Shown here piece after piece: positions 1 to 12,000 of a DNA stretch of 64,000 nucleotides. The position numbers were made by a program, and so were the translations under genes. Positions within the stretch are counted from its first letter, which is position 1. Every line of letters starts with the position of its first letter. Source of the stretch: Phoronis australis (lineage: Eukaryota; Animalia; Phoronida); contig NMRA01000442.1 of NCBI GenBank assembly GCA_002633005.1, positions 315,732-379,731 on the forward strand, read 5' to 3'. Below the pieces are notes generated by a model that had not been told where the DNA came from, made no database searches, and was given only the letters and a program-made list of their open reading frames with translations.

Positions 1-41
1 GGCGCCTCCTTATTCCTTGCTGCTGCTGCCTCTTGCAATTT
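1..41 (-). CDS. unc-79: unc-79 exon 29, partial (KLQEAAAARNKEA...)
   Basis: attcag|AAA, phase 0, open to the window edge. Confidence 0.65.
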
Positions 42-3000
42 CTGAATATGTGAGCATAATGTCTTAGAAACAATCATAACTTGTTCATCTTGTAGAAAAA
101 TTCCACGTTTCCAAACGCGTATCAAATTTTAACAAACAACTCCTAAAACAGCAATATCTCCTTCAAAGCAACATGAAGCAACAAGATCTTTTCTCAACTT
201 TTTATTGTCTATTTACATCAACCTCTAGCCTATTTACACGTGGAAGATGTTTCAGTCGGTCATTTCTCCGGCCATCTTCAAGGGTTGAATGACCAAAACG
301 TTGTGCAATTGTAAATGAGTTGAACAGGTGTAAAGTTAACAGACATACAAATCTTAGAAATAACATCATTACATCACCGCTTCAAGTTTCAGAAAATCAT
401 TGTGAGAATAGCACAGCCAAAGTCCCAACCTTTGAACTAAGAGAAAATCAAGCATTTGACAGATAAACCAACATCTGAAGCTGTCATGGAACACCTGTCA
501 GTCTATTGAAAAACGAAACGAGCATTTGTCACAGAGTGACTAAATTGACCCCAAGACATACAAATATTTAAGACAAAACTGAAAGGTCAGCAACAACTGA
601 CATGGAGCAACTCAATTTCAAAAGGATTGATCAAGGTTATCAAAAGCTTTTTTAAGGTACACTTTTTTACCAGTGAATGTGCTGAACAATCTGTTCAGGG
701 TCGCCTGTTACTGTACAGCATGTATTGTGTCATTTTCAAGTTGCACGCAACTTTAAGTGGTAAGTAACAAGGAAATGCGCCTTTAAGAAACTGTGTCTAA
801 CCTGAATCCTAAACTTGACCAGACTCTGCTGGACGTCCGTCGTCTTGTCAGTTCTGAACATGATAGAGCTGCCTTCCTCTGATTGCGAGCCTAACGTGGA
901 AGGCATACTGCCACCAGCACTCTCTGGTGTTTCCTGGATCTGCTCGAGGTCACCTACCGACACGTTACTCGTATCTGGAAGCACGATGCGATAGGCATTT
1001 TGCGTTGTCAGATATGAATCATGAAACACAACTCAAACTCATTCTTGTCAAAAAACCAGAAGCTTAGCAGCATGATAGTTAAAGCTGCCTCTTGCCCTGT
1101 TAAGCTGGCTAAACATAATCAAATTAGGCCTTCTACCTCTCATAACATCTATCTCATAATATTCCATACTGTGACAAGAGTTTATTTCCGTTATGGAAAA
1201 TAAATAGGGACCTTTTCATGCAACGCACCTACTTTAACAACTTGTTCCCTAATTATTTTCATAGAGAGGGCTCAATTTTCAGACATACAATTAGAAAATG
1301 TCACAAGTAAAAGAGAAGCTCAAGATGAAGATAAAGTGATAGAAATATATAATATTAGTGAGTACAACAAAATCTACAAAATAATGAACTGAAAAGTTGA
1401 CAACATAGCCAAGACCCTATTGGGACTGTTTCATGCAAGATTACCACCCAATTAAAACACCAGTCACAAACATCTTGTTAATAATTTTTCTTGGTTAAAC
1501 GCCACCCATTTCCAAATATACTGCTTTACCTAATTTCGAGATACTAAATAGTCAGAAAATGACAATTTCTGAATAAAAACGGGAGAGTGCATAGACAACA
1601 AGATATTTTTGTACTGAATTAAAACAAACAATAGTGAGGTTGTCACAAAAGGAACATCAAATATCATTTGCTCTACGGAATACATGACTCGATGCATTAT
1701 AGAACACAAATATGTAATTATCTCACCTAGTTATCTCCCATGAGAGAAACAAGGAGAGATAAATCCACATATGAAATTACCTCTGGTCCTTCTCAGCAAG
1801 TGGTTGGGTCCCAAGGGTCCATTATCCAATTGTCGACACTTGTGATGCTGGGCGTTGATAGTATTAATGGTCAGTCGAACCAAGGTAATGGCGATACCCA
1901 TGGCTGGCTCAGTGTTGTACTGGTACTGAAACAGCAGGGTTCAGCGTAATTATTGGGGTGTGGCTTGCCTGGAAGATTTGTTGGGCATTGACTGTGTTGA
2001 TGCTGACTTGGATTAGGGTAATGGCGAAACCTATGGCTGGCTCAGTGGTATATACAAATACTGGAATGACAAGGTGCTGTGTAGTTACTGGAGAGTACCC
2101 ATTGGGAAAGGGATGCTCGTACAAAATAGAAATAGCCTCATCCTCTTGGACTGATCAAGGTGCGACGAAGGTGTTGATTAAAGTGACTAGTAAACAGAAC
2201 ACAAAGCAGATCACAAATGTTTAGGTCAGGATAGCGATGAACATTTTCCAGTTACTAAAAGCCAGGAGTGGATCCGAGACTTTGCTACGAATTATCCCAA
2301 CATATAAGTCCAAACCCAATTGTCTGTTTTCAATACCTGTTCAACTTAATACCAATATTTGTCTGAACACCTACCCTACAACAGTCACCGTAGCTATTAT
2401 ACTAGTAGTATGTTCATATTAAGTGTGCAATATGATTCAAGTATCTAGTCAATCTCTTATATCTGTGAATCCTCCCACCTTATAGAGGATGACCAAGAGC
2501 ACAGAGAGCCAGGACTGGCGAGAATGAGGCTCTAGATACCACAATGTATAGTCTGGTGGCTGATAGTCGCTGGCGTAGCGCTGTGGAGATGGGCAGTACT
2601 GTAGCAGTGACAAGCAGACATGAAGCATGATGTTACCGAGTTCAAAGTTACGGTCCAAAACCTAAAACAAGAGCAACACACAGCGTTGATATGCATGTAC
2701 CATCTGCATCTTACTGATATGGGTGTGCCATGCACACCTCGTTGAAATGTGTGCACCATCTGCATCTCGCTGGTATGCTTGTACCATTTGCATTTAGTTG
2801 ATATGCACACCATCTGCGTCTTGACACCTGCACGCTGTGTGCATCCTGTTGACACGCGCCCACTGTCTGTATCTTGTTATACACGCGTCGGTAAAGATAC
2901 ATAGAATGTTCACTTCTTCAAATCTTTTCACACACTAGAGGGAGCAACACTAAAGAACCCGCGCTCCGTACAAGAAGAAACTTTTCATTTAGACGACTTA

Positions 3001-6000
3001 CCACTATAGAATTTGCATAAATTAATTCCTTAATATTCAGATGATACATCATTTCTGAGTTTGCTAAGAACTGGCCATTCATTATTCCTTAATAAATGTT
3101 TGGCATATAAAAAGGCACCATGTGCAAATCCAGTTCATAGCGTCTGGTCTCAAGCAATAACAAAGCAGCACTTATAGCCAAGCCCAGAACTCACGTCTAA
3201 TTTGACTAGTGTAAGAAAAATTTGAAACCAATTTCACGTCTGTAAGTGGTATAAATCAAAAGTTTTTGTGCAGAATTTGTGTTTTTTGCAGTGGAAGGCT
3301 GGTTCATTGTCTGAAAATTGGAAAATGGAATACTGATAAATATTGCAATTGCTGCAACGAAACATAAGGCAAGATTATATGCTCACACAAATGTATTAAA
3401 GTAGTGCATAATATTGCCAGCCCACCTGTGGTAATCCAGCTAGAAAAGCGTTGAACACAGTGGATGACCTCAGTTTGTACGGAGGAACAATGAATGATTT
3501 CTCTGTCTGCACATATCCGAGTAGTATGTAGAGGTGACGAATGACTATGTCACGTGACTTTCTGGTCTCTTCGGTTGTTACGTCTGGGTGAGTCATAAAC
3601 TAGAAAAGATTACAAAGTTCACTAATTCAATCTCTGAAGAGTAATTACATGTCTGAATTATGTAATGCTGCACATTAACTTATCATTTGGAAAAAGGAGT
3701 TCATCCAGGAGTTCTAATCGCCCTCGAGTCCCAAATTCAAGAATCACCGGAAAAATGGCAAAATTAGCCACTTTGTAGATTGAAAACACATCGTCTGAAA
3801 TTTGAGAAACATGGTGAAAGCAAAAACCCCACCATTGTCCCAAATTCCAGTATAAAAGAAATTCAATTTTTGCGGGTTTCCTTGTCCCAAATTCTAGAGA
3901 CTCCTAAACTTGAGAACTTTCATCGTAGTATTGAATCCTTTCCAGTTTCTTGGTATTGCTATTTTTTACTTTAACAAATGAGTCTCACTATGTAGTGCTC
4001 ATGTTGTCTGTAAAAGTATGGTGGAGGATAATGGATATTAATTTCCAAACTACAGAAGCTTTTTCAGGACACAGGCATATAATTAATTACATAAACGCAT
4101 TTTAGGAGTAGGCAGTTGTTGTTCAAACTCGACAATTATGAGAGAATGTGATCGATTCCCATTGTTTACTAAAAATTTTTGTAGCCTGTATAAAATATTG
4201 ATTCAAAATACTGGAGATGCCAAGTAATCGTGGTGTACTAAAGGCAGCATATGATATGCTTTTTCAGTCAAACCTGATCGGAAGATCTTATAATTGGGCA
4301 AGTTTTGTAAGGAAACTTCTGTCTGTGAATGGTTTTTCAGATGTATGGATTAATCAGGGTGTGGTAAACCAAGCGTATTTCTTGACAGTTTTTTTCCCAG
4401 CGTGTCAGTCGGACTATTATTTGCAAGGCTGACAATCTGATATCAAATGTTAGGAATTGGGTTTGAAAAGATTCATTTTTGCATGAGGGACTGTCAAAAA
4501 TAGGACTTTCATGATTTTCATTAAAAAATTTACAGGGAAAACGAAATGATATTTTATTATAGAAAACGTGTAACAATGTTTCACAGATCTCACCTTAAAC
4601 ATTTATATAAAATTAAATTTTATCACGTTATTGTGTCATCGTTTCGCTATCAATGTACCTTTTTTGCTAAATTTTACTGAAAAGACACGTGACCCAATAA
4701 ACACCTGATTGGTAAAAAGTCAACAATAAAATTCCAAAGGCATTTTACTTTCAGAAAAGATGCACTTTCATCGAGTGAAAATCTATAATTTTGTAGATAT
4801 TTAGCTCAATATGCAGACCGGTCTATAAGCAACTTTCCACCCTTTTTGCATTAGTTTAATTTACCTACCCACTTTGCTGGGATGGACCATCTTTTCTTTC
4901 CTACCTGAGGTTACCTGAATGCAATGAGTTCTTAAACACTAAAGGCAGCACAAATTACTCTCAAACTCATAGTGTAGTTCAACGGCATAGTGTGGTGTGG
5001 GATGGCAAGACCAAATTGTGTAGACATGAAACTCTCACAAAACGATGGCCAGATCTAACTTACCTTGCTTAATAGCGTGACCAGCAGATGGACCGTCTCA
5101 CGTTCTACACCCTCCAGATCCATTGCCTTCTGTAGCAGGGCAGCAAACTTGCTCTCGTGGTCAGTAAACTCACGCAGATTCCCTTCTACACAGAAAAACA
5201 CAGAGACTCTAGAAACACACAAAAACATATTAATAACAAGCCAACAACTTAGAAAATGACTCACCAGACTTGGTAGTTTCGTTAAATACCTAACAAAATG
5301 GGCTAAACTAACTTAGCAAAATACGGGTGTGGTGAAAATAAAATCCCCCAGAGGGCGCCATCTATATCCCCCGACCGGTGTTTAACAAATTGTGACGCTC
5401 AAAATAAAATTCCTCAGACTGTGGACAGAGACTACAACGAAAATGGCGGGACATGTTCGACATGGACTTCATATAATACAACCTGGCACGAGAATTCTTT
5501 TAAGCGAGGGCCGTGATACGAGTGGGTAGTAGTTGGACTCGAGGGCTCCAAGTGATTTGTGAACATAAAATGGTTTCTTTTACAGTAGAAGAAAACAAGT
5601 GTAAATCAGGCCAAGAATAACATAGCTACCACATGAAACNGTGGTCAGTAAACTCACGCAGATTCCCTTCTACACAGAAAAACACAGAGACTCTAGAAAC
5701 ACACAAAAACATATTAATAACAAGCCAACAACTTCGAAAATGACTCACCAGACTTGGTAGTTTCGTTAAATACCTAACAAAATGGGCTAAACTAACTTAG
5801 CAAAATACGGGTGTGGTGAAAATAAAATCCCCCAGAGGGCGCCATCTATATCCCCCGACCGGTGTTTAACAAATTGTGACGCTCAAAATAAAATTCCTCA
5901 GACTGTGGACAGAGACTACAACGAAAATGGCGGGACATGTTCGACATGGACTTCATATAATACAACCTGGCACGAGAATTCTTTTAAGCGAGGGCCGTGA

Positions 6001-9000
6001 TACGAGTGGGTAGTAGTTGGACTCGAGGGCTCCAAGTGATTTGTGAACATAAAATGGTTTCTTTTACAGTAGAAGAAAACAAGTGTAAATCAGGCCAAGA
6101 ATAACATAGCTACCACATGAAACATACAAGGTAAATCTGGTTAGTTCCTGACTAGAAACTAGCTATGAGGCACTCTATGAACGTTCAATTGTTACAAAGA
6201 CATTACAAACTTTGTGACTGTGCGTCTAATAATACGACGTAACATGGGTTAACTTTAGGCTGACCTTAACAAATGTTATACCACGTAATAAATTCAGTCG
6301 CAAAAAATAAAACCAAACAGGAAATCATAATTTACTGCAAGAAAAACGGAAGATGCATTAAGTGTGATGCGGTAATGCTATCATTCTGCAGTTAAAGAAC
6401 CCAACATTGAGTCACACTCAAGTTGGAAAAAGGAAAAAAAGTTCTTAGTTTAGCAGGCCTAAAACTGGACCTCCTGATTTCAAATAAAGTCCATAATTTT
6501 TCAATCAAACATGCTGTGTTAATGTCACGGTAATATCAAATAAATAGAAAAATGTTTAGAAACTGTGCAAAGTCCAACTTAATTCAAAACTAAAACAAAA
6601 ACTTAGGGAATGACGAACAAAACAATAAAGATCAGAAAAACTGTAGATAACTGATTTTCACACCACGCACTTATTGACTTGGTTAGTTGTAATTGTGAAA
6701 TGTTTGAACAAGACACAAAATTATGTTTTTCAGTGCAATAATCTTGTGAATCATTTTGAAAAACAACGGATATTGCAATGATTCACTTCAGAGAGAAAAT
6801 GGTGACCTGCAAAATTCACAGCCGAGGTCACTGTCAAATTTCTATAACGATCAGGGTCAATGTCAAAGTTGCCGTCAAGGTCAGCCTAGTGAACATAGAC
6901 AAAGAAAGACATGCCTGGGAACATATAATTGTTAAACATGCCGAGACTAAGGTTAGAAGACGACCGGCCGCGACGTCGCAACACAGGTGCAGATTTCTGG
7001 CGTGCGTAAAGTTTGGCCTTAGCATCTGAAACAAAAAGGATAAGGGAATAGACTACGGCATCACTGGACAGGGTTCCAGGTAAGACGCTGATTACTTGTC
7101 GAGACAAACAAAGATAAACTGACAGTTGGGTAGGTTACAATAATGATGACTTAGACAGGAGTGCGCGTTACGTAACACAACTGACACATGACCTACATAA
7201 TACACCGTACATGGGGGCAAAACCTTTCCCCACACTAGACAAAACACGATTATAGCAGTGTCGGAGCATTTTATCATCACGGAGCCGCTCCCGTACACGC
7301 CCGCTGATTTATAATACTGAGCTCCAAAATGAGGCTTAAACCCTGGTGGACATATATTAGACATTTGGGTCAGTATAAAACCATGCATAAGCCACCACTG
7401 GCGAGTGCAACGTGCGCTTGCAATGGACACACTTTCAGCTGTCCATTTGTCTAGGCATTTCTGTGTTAGCGCGCCCAGCGACAGGAATGCAAGCGACATA
7501 AAAGGCAGATTTTACGTGGTCTGCGAGGTAAAAGGGGTGGGCTTATACCAGAGCTGGTGGGCTATACATGATAAAAAATTGAAGGTGGGCTTATACCACA
7601 GTAGGTGGTTTACAAGCGAGAATACTCTAAAAGTACTAATACCGAGAGACTGGAAGTGGGGGGCTTATTCCAGAGTGTATATGGTACATACTTTGTCCTT
7701 AATATGTTTTGTTGTAATTTAATGTATCACCCAATGTGGATGCGGAGATAACAGGCAGCTCCACAAATTTGTAAGCAGAGATGTTAAAACAAAAAGTAAA
7801 TACATTTTTCACTTATGCATTAGCTGAAACTTAAATGTATTTTAAAATGGCTTATATGCTTAGGATTCAAGAATTATATGGGTGGCATTTTGGCTCTGGA
7901 TTTACTGCCCTAGATTCCAGTGTAGAGACTTCCAAAAACATAGAAACAATAGAATTTAACAAACTGAGAGATAATCAAAATAACCTTCGTTGCTGCCCAG
8001 TCGTGCCCTCAATACACGAAGCAAGTGCTTCAAAGTTTTACTTCTGAACCATTAACGAGTACATACAACGCCAAACAGCAAACACAAGCAATTGACGCCA
8101 AAACAAACTTCTATAAGATTACTCTTTTAAAAGTAACCACAGCCACACCATATTTAAACACGCGATATTTAAACACACCACACAAAACGTGGAGATGCTG
8201 CAACTTAATTCCGCACATCAAAAATTCGAATCAGTCAGATCTTTCACCAACAGAGGCTATGCTAAAGTTTCATCATATTTGAACAGAAGAAATTATTAAT
8301 AAAATTGTCAAAATTCACTTTCCATTTTTCAAAAACTCAGCCACTGAATTGTCGTAAATTTCACCATGTGTTGATTGATGAAAGTTGTACAGTATAATCC
8401 AGAAAAAATAGAAGTAACGTTTAATTTCTTCTTGTTTATTTTAGTTGAAAATTTTGACAAAATACTATTTCACAGTTCCACCATGTTGTGTACTAAATTG
8501 ATAAAAATACCAAAGTGATCACTCCAAACACGATGCATTGTTGTTAAATCAAACCATTAGTTTAAAAAAATAAGTATTAATAATTAATATCAACTACACT
8601 ATTACACATTACATTTACGGTTCAAAAATCAAAGATATATAAATGTGTAAAGTAAATCCAAATGAGACGGAATTCTGAAATGTTTAAAAGCTACGTTGGT
8701 CATTGGATGGAACAACAATGTCCGTTTGCGCTCAGTAGACTCGACCACTATCAGTTGGGTAGACATTGATAGGAGATCAAGTGTGGTACAAAACACAATG
8801 ACGGCGCACTATTATGCGAATATATTTGACAGAAAAGGATGAACTGGAAAGGCCAAACATTAAAAGAAATTCGACAAGGCCCTCAAAAAGGTAACACTGC
8901 CCTCTGTAGGACATTGTACATGTCCAAACGGGCATCCGCTATTTACAAACCTTTAGCATTACATCCCAGGCAACCAAAAAGGTAACACTGCCCTCCGTAG

Positions 9001-12000
9001 GACATTGCATATGTCCAAATGTGCATCCACTAACAAACCTTTGGCATTACATCTCAGGCAACCAAGAAGGTAACACTGCCCTCTGTAGGACATTGCACAT
9101 GTCCAAATGTGCATCCACTAACAAACCTTTAGCATTACACCCCAGGCAACCAAGAAGGTAACTCTGCCCTCTGTAGGACAACCAAGAAGCTCATATAAAT
9201 CAATCCAAAGCTCAATGAATATTATACCTTGAAACAACACAACACAAAAATAAACAGAATGCAACAATATATTAATAAACACGCCTTACCAATCAGTTTC
9301 TAAACCAGTGAGAAAATGATATGAATGTCATTAAATGTCTACCATGCAAAATCACGTCAAATAAAACATTTTTCCGTGTCCCGCCAATTAAAAACTTTTT
9401 TTAATTTCATGTCCAAAATCACTACATAGTTTTGTAAGGTTGGTAGAGTTGATGAGTAGCAGTTTCTTTTTTCAAAGCCAGTAAGAACGTAACTATTTAC
9501 CCATGACAGCTTCAGCTCCTAACAGACAGTAGCCATCTTGTAAAGTTATTGGACAATAGGTGTCCAGTAGGTATTATTATAAGGTTATGGGTTATGAGTT
9601 ATCCAGACTTGGAACAGTCTGATCACCACGCCACCTAGTGTCCAATGACTTCAGAAGATGGTTGCTGTAAGGAGCCGAAACTGTCAAGGGTGAATGTTCT
9701 TACTGGTTATGAAAAAAGGAACTCTTCATCTCCAAAAGATTTGCAATATTGTACAATGTTGTTATTTACAACTTCTATATCCATTCACAACCGTGTTTTG
9801 AGGAGCAATTAAAAAATTAGAAAATCCCCGCAAGCTTTAAAATTATTCGCAATCATTTGTTAGCATTACAAATGAATTAAAAATTCAAAAGCACTGTAAG
9901 ATACTAAACAATCACCGATTGTAAAACCTAATTCCAAATCTTATTTTATTTTTATTCTTATTCAAATATTAAAGAAGATGTTATTCATATATTTTCTCAC
10001 AACATTATTTTCATGAAAGTCATGGTCACAGTCATGAAAACTTACCTGCTTCAAGTCAAAAACAGCGCAAATGTGTGACTACAAATCAGAGACGTGTCAT
10101 GCATTTTCCAAATTCATTCAGTGAAATCCCCATAATTGTAAAAAGTGCATTCTCAAACCAGTGATTAGTATTGAATGTCTTGTTAGTTAAAAGTCACACA
10201 GGACAAATGCCCAGCTTAAAATCATGCGACAAACAGACCGATGTTAACAGCATAGTTGCTAATGATCATGCCAGGGGGCAGCACACCAGTATCCAACGCG
10301 TATCGTGTTCCTATAAATTGTGTGACGAACACGTTATTCAAGCAGACAGTGGTTTCTTCTATTTTTAATTTTATCACGTTCAGTGACAATCCAGAGTCAC
10401 CAGGCATCTAAAATAGTTAACTAAAGGTTGATACAATTAACGATAAAACACTTTTAAACTATTTCATTTTTGTTTAGTTTAATGACATGTCATCATGAGC
10501 CTAACATGAAGACTAACAAGCGCCACTGCAAAAATTTTGCTGTCCAAAAATATCTTGATTATGTTATGTAAAACATGGGAATGCAGCTGTTAACCAATTG
10601 AATAAGATTATTCTGAGGTAACTCTCCCCAAAAATGCTATTCAAATATTGCGCTCCAATGAGCCGTGTCGAAAACCTATTGTACTATAATCAGCGTGCAG
10701 CCTCATTCACAGCAAACCAAATGCAAACAAAACTAGCTGTTAGTCGTGAAGCAGACCGCTGAGGCTTACCCTTGCGGGAGATGTTGCGTAGCAACATATG
10801 CTGCGGCACTGAACAGGCACGGTTGTAGGCGGGTCTCTGGAGAAGGCTGGTGGAGACGCTGCGCATGCTGTCGGACCGTGCCAGAGCGAACCGTGCCCGG
10901 TTCAGCTTTCGCAGGAAGTGCTGGCTCGACTTGTCGCTGCTGGTCAAATCTGAAAGGGAGTGAATGTCTCGACTAATCCAGTTGATCTTCTGTGGAGAAA
11001 CTGCGATGAGGCGACAAAACTTCATGAAAATACAAGTGCGGTCATACATGGCAACTTTAGGTGGTCTGCTCTAAAAGGAGATAGCTTGTGTTTTATACCC
11101 CAAAACTGGGAATTAGATATCAACACTTGCCCCAGCGCTACCTGTTGGTAACAAAACTGAACATTGAAACCACAATATACACACTGTACTATCTTACATG
11201 AAAGAAGTTTTAAACGACTTAAACAAAAAAGAAAAACAAGGAAGAATAATTTTTCAGTTTATAAGCAAGTAAGTACAGGGTGAAAACAAATGCCACTCAA
11301 AACTCCTCACTTCACTGTGAACAGCCGAAGCCATCCCAGTTGATGACTTGGTAACAAGTATTGCAACGAACAAACTACGCCAGACGTTTAAACCCGTACA
11401 GTTCCCCAACAGGTCCATGGGCTACTGGACAAAGACAAGAGGGTAGAGAATGAGAGAAATTACTTATTCTGGACAAAGGAACATCACCACCAAATAAGCA
11501 AGTCCTTACTACGATCGTAGCTGCTAAACTTACACCTAAAGTGATTGACTAAATGTTAATTCCTGTGTAACATAATATTTTACAGAAGAAAACTTGAATA
11601 TAGCCAGATAAGTGACTGACCGTAACGTTGTGCCTGTAGGATAGAGGCTGGTGGAAACAGACCAACTGATTTTAAAAATGGTGTGGTACATTTTATCACT
11701 ACACTCTCCTAGATCACAGTTGTAGCTAAGGACAATGCAAGTGTGCTTAAAAGCAGAATGTATCTGCTTTTCGTTTAATATGAACGACGCGTAACTTTGT
11801 AACTGAAACGAACACTCCGAAATAAAAGAACACTTTAATGAAAAACTAGGTACCATGAGAATTATCCTAGTGGCTACTCTGTTGCTGCTTGAAAGTAAAA
11901 CGCTACTTTAGAACTGGATGAAATTTCTGGTAATAACATTCAAACAAAGAAGACAAATACATAACGAATACACAAAGAATAAGCTTTCCAGTGACAACCA

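Noticed and set aside
7530-7687. Repeated GGGCTTAT motifs ending in ATATGGTA, resembling a Tc1/pogo-type terminus
   Set aside because: No matching opposite TIR found, so it was not called as an element
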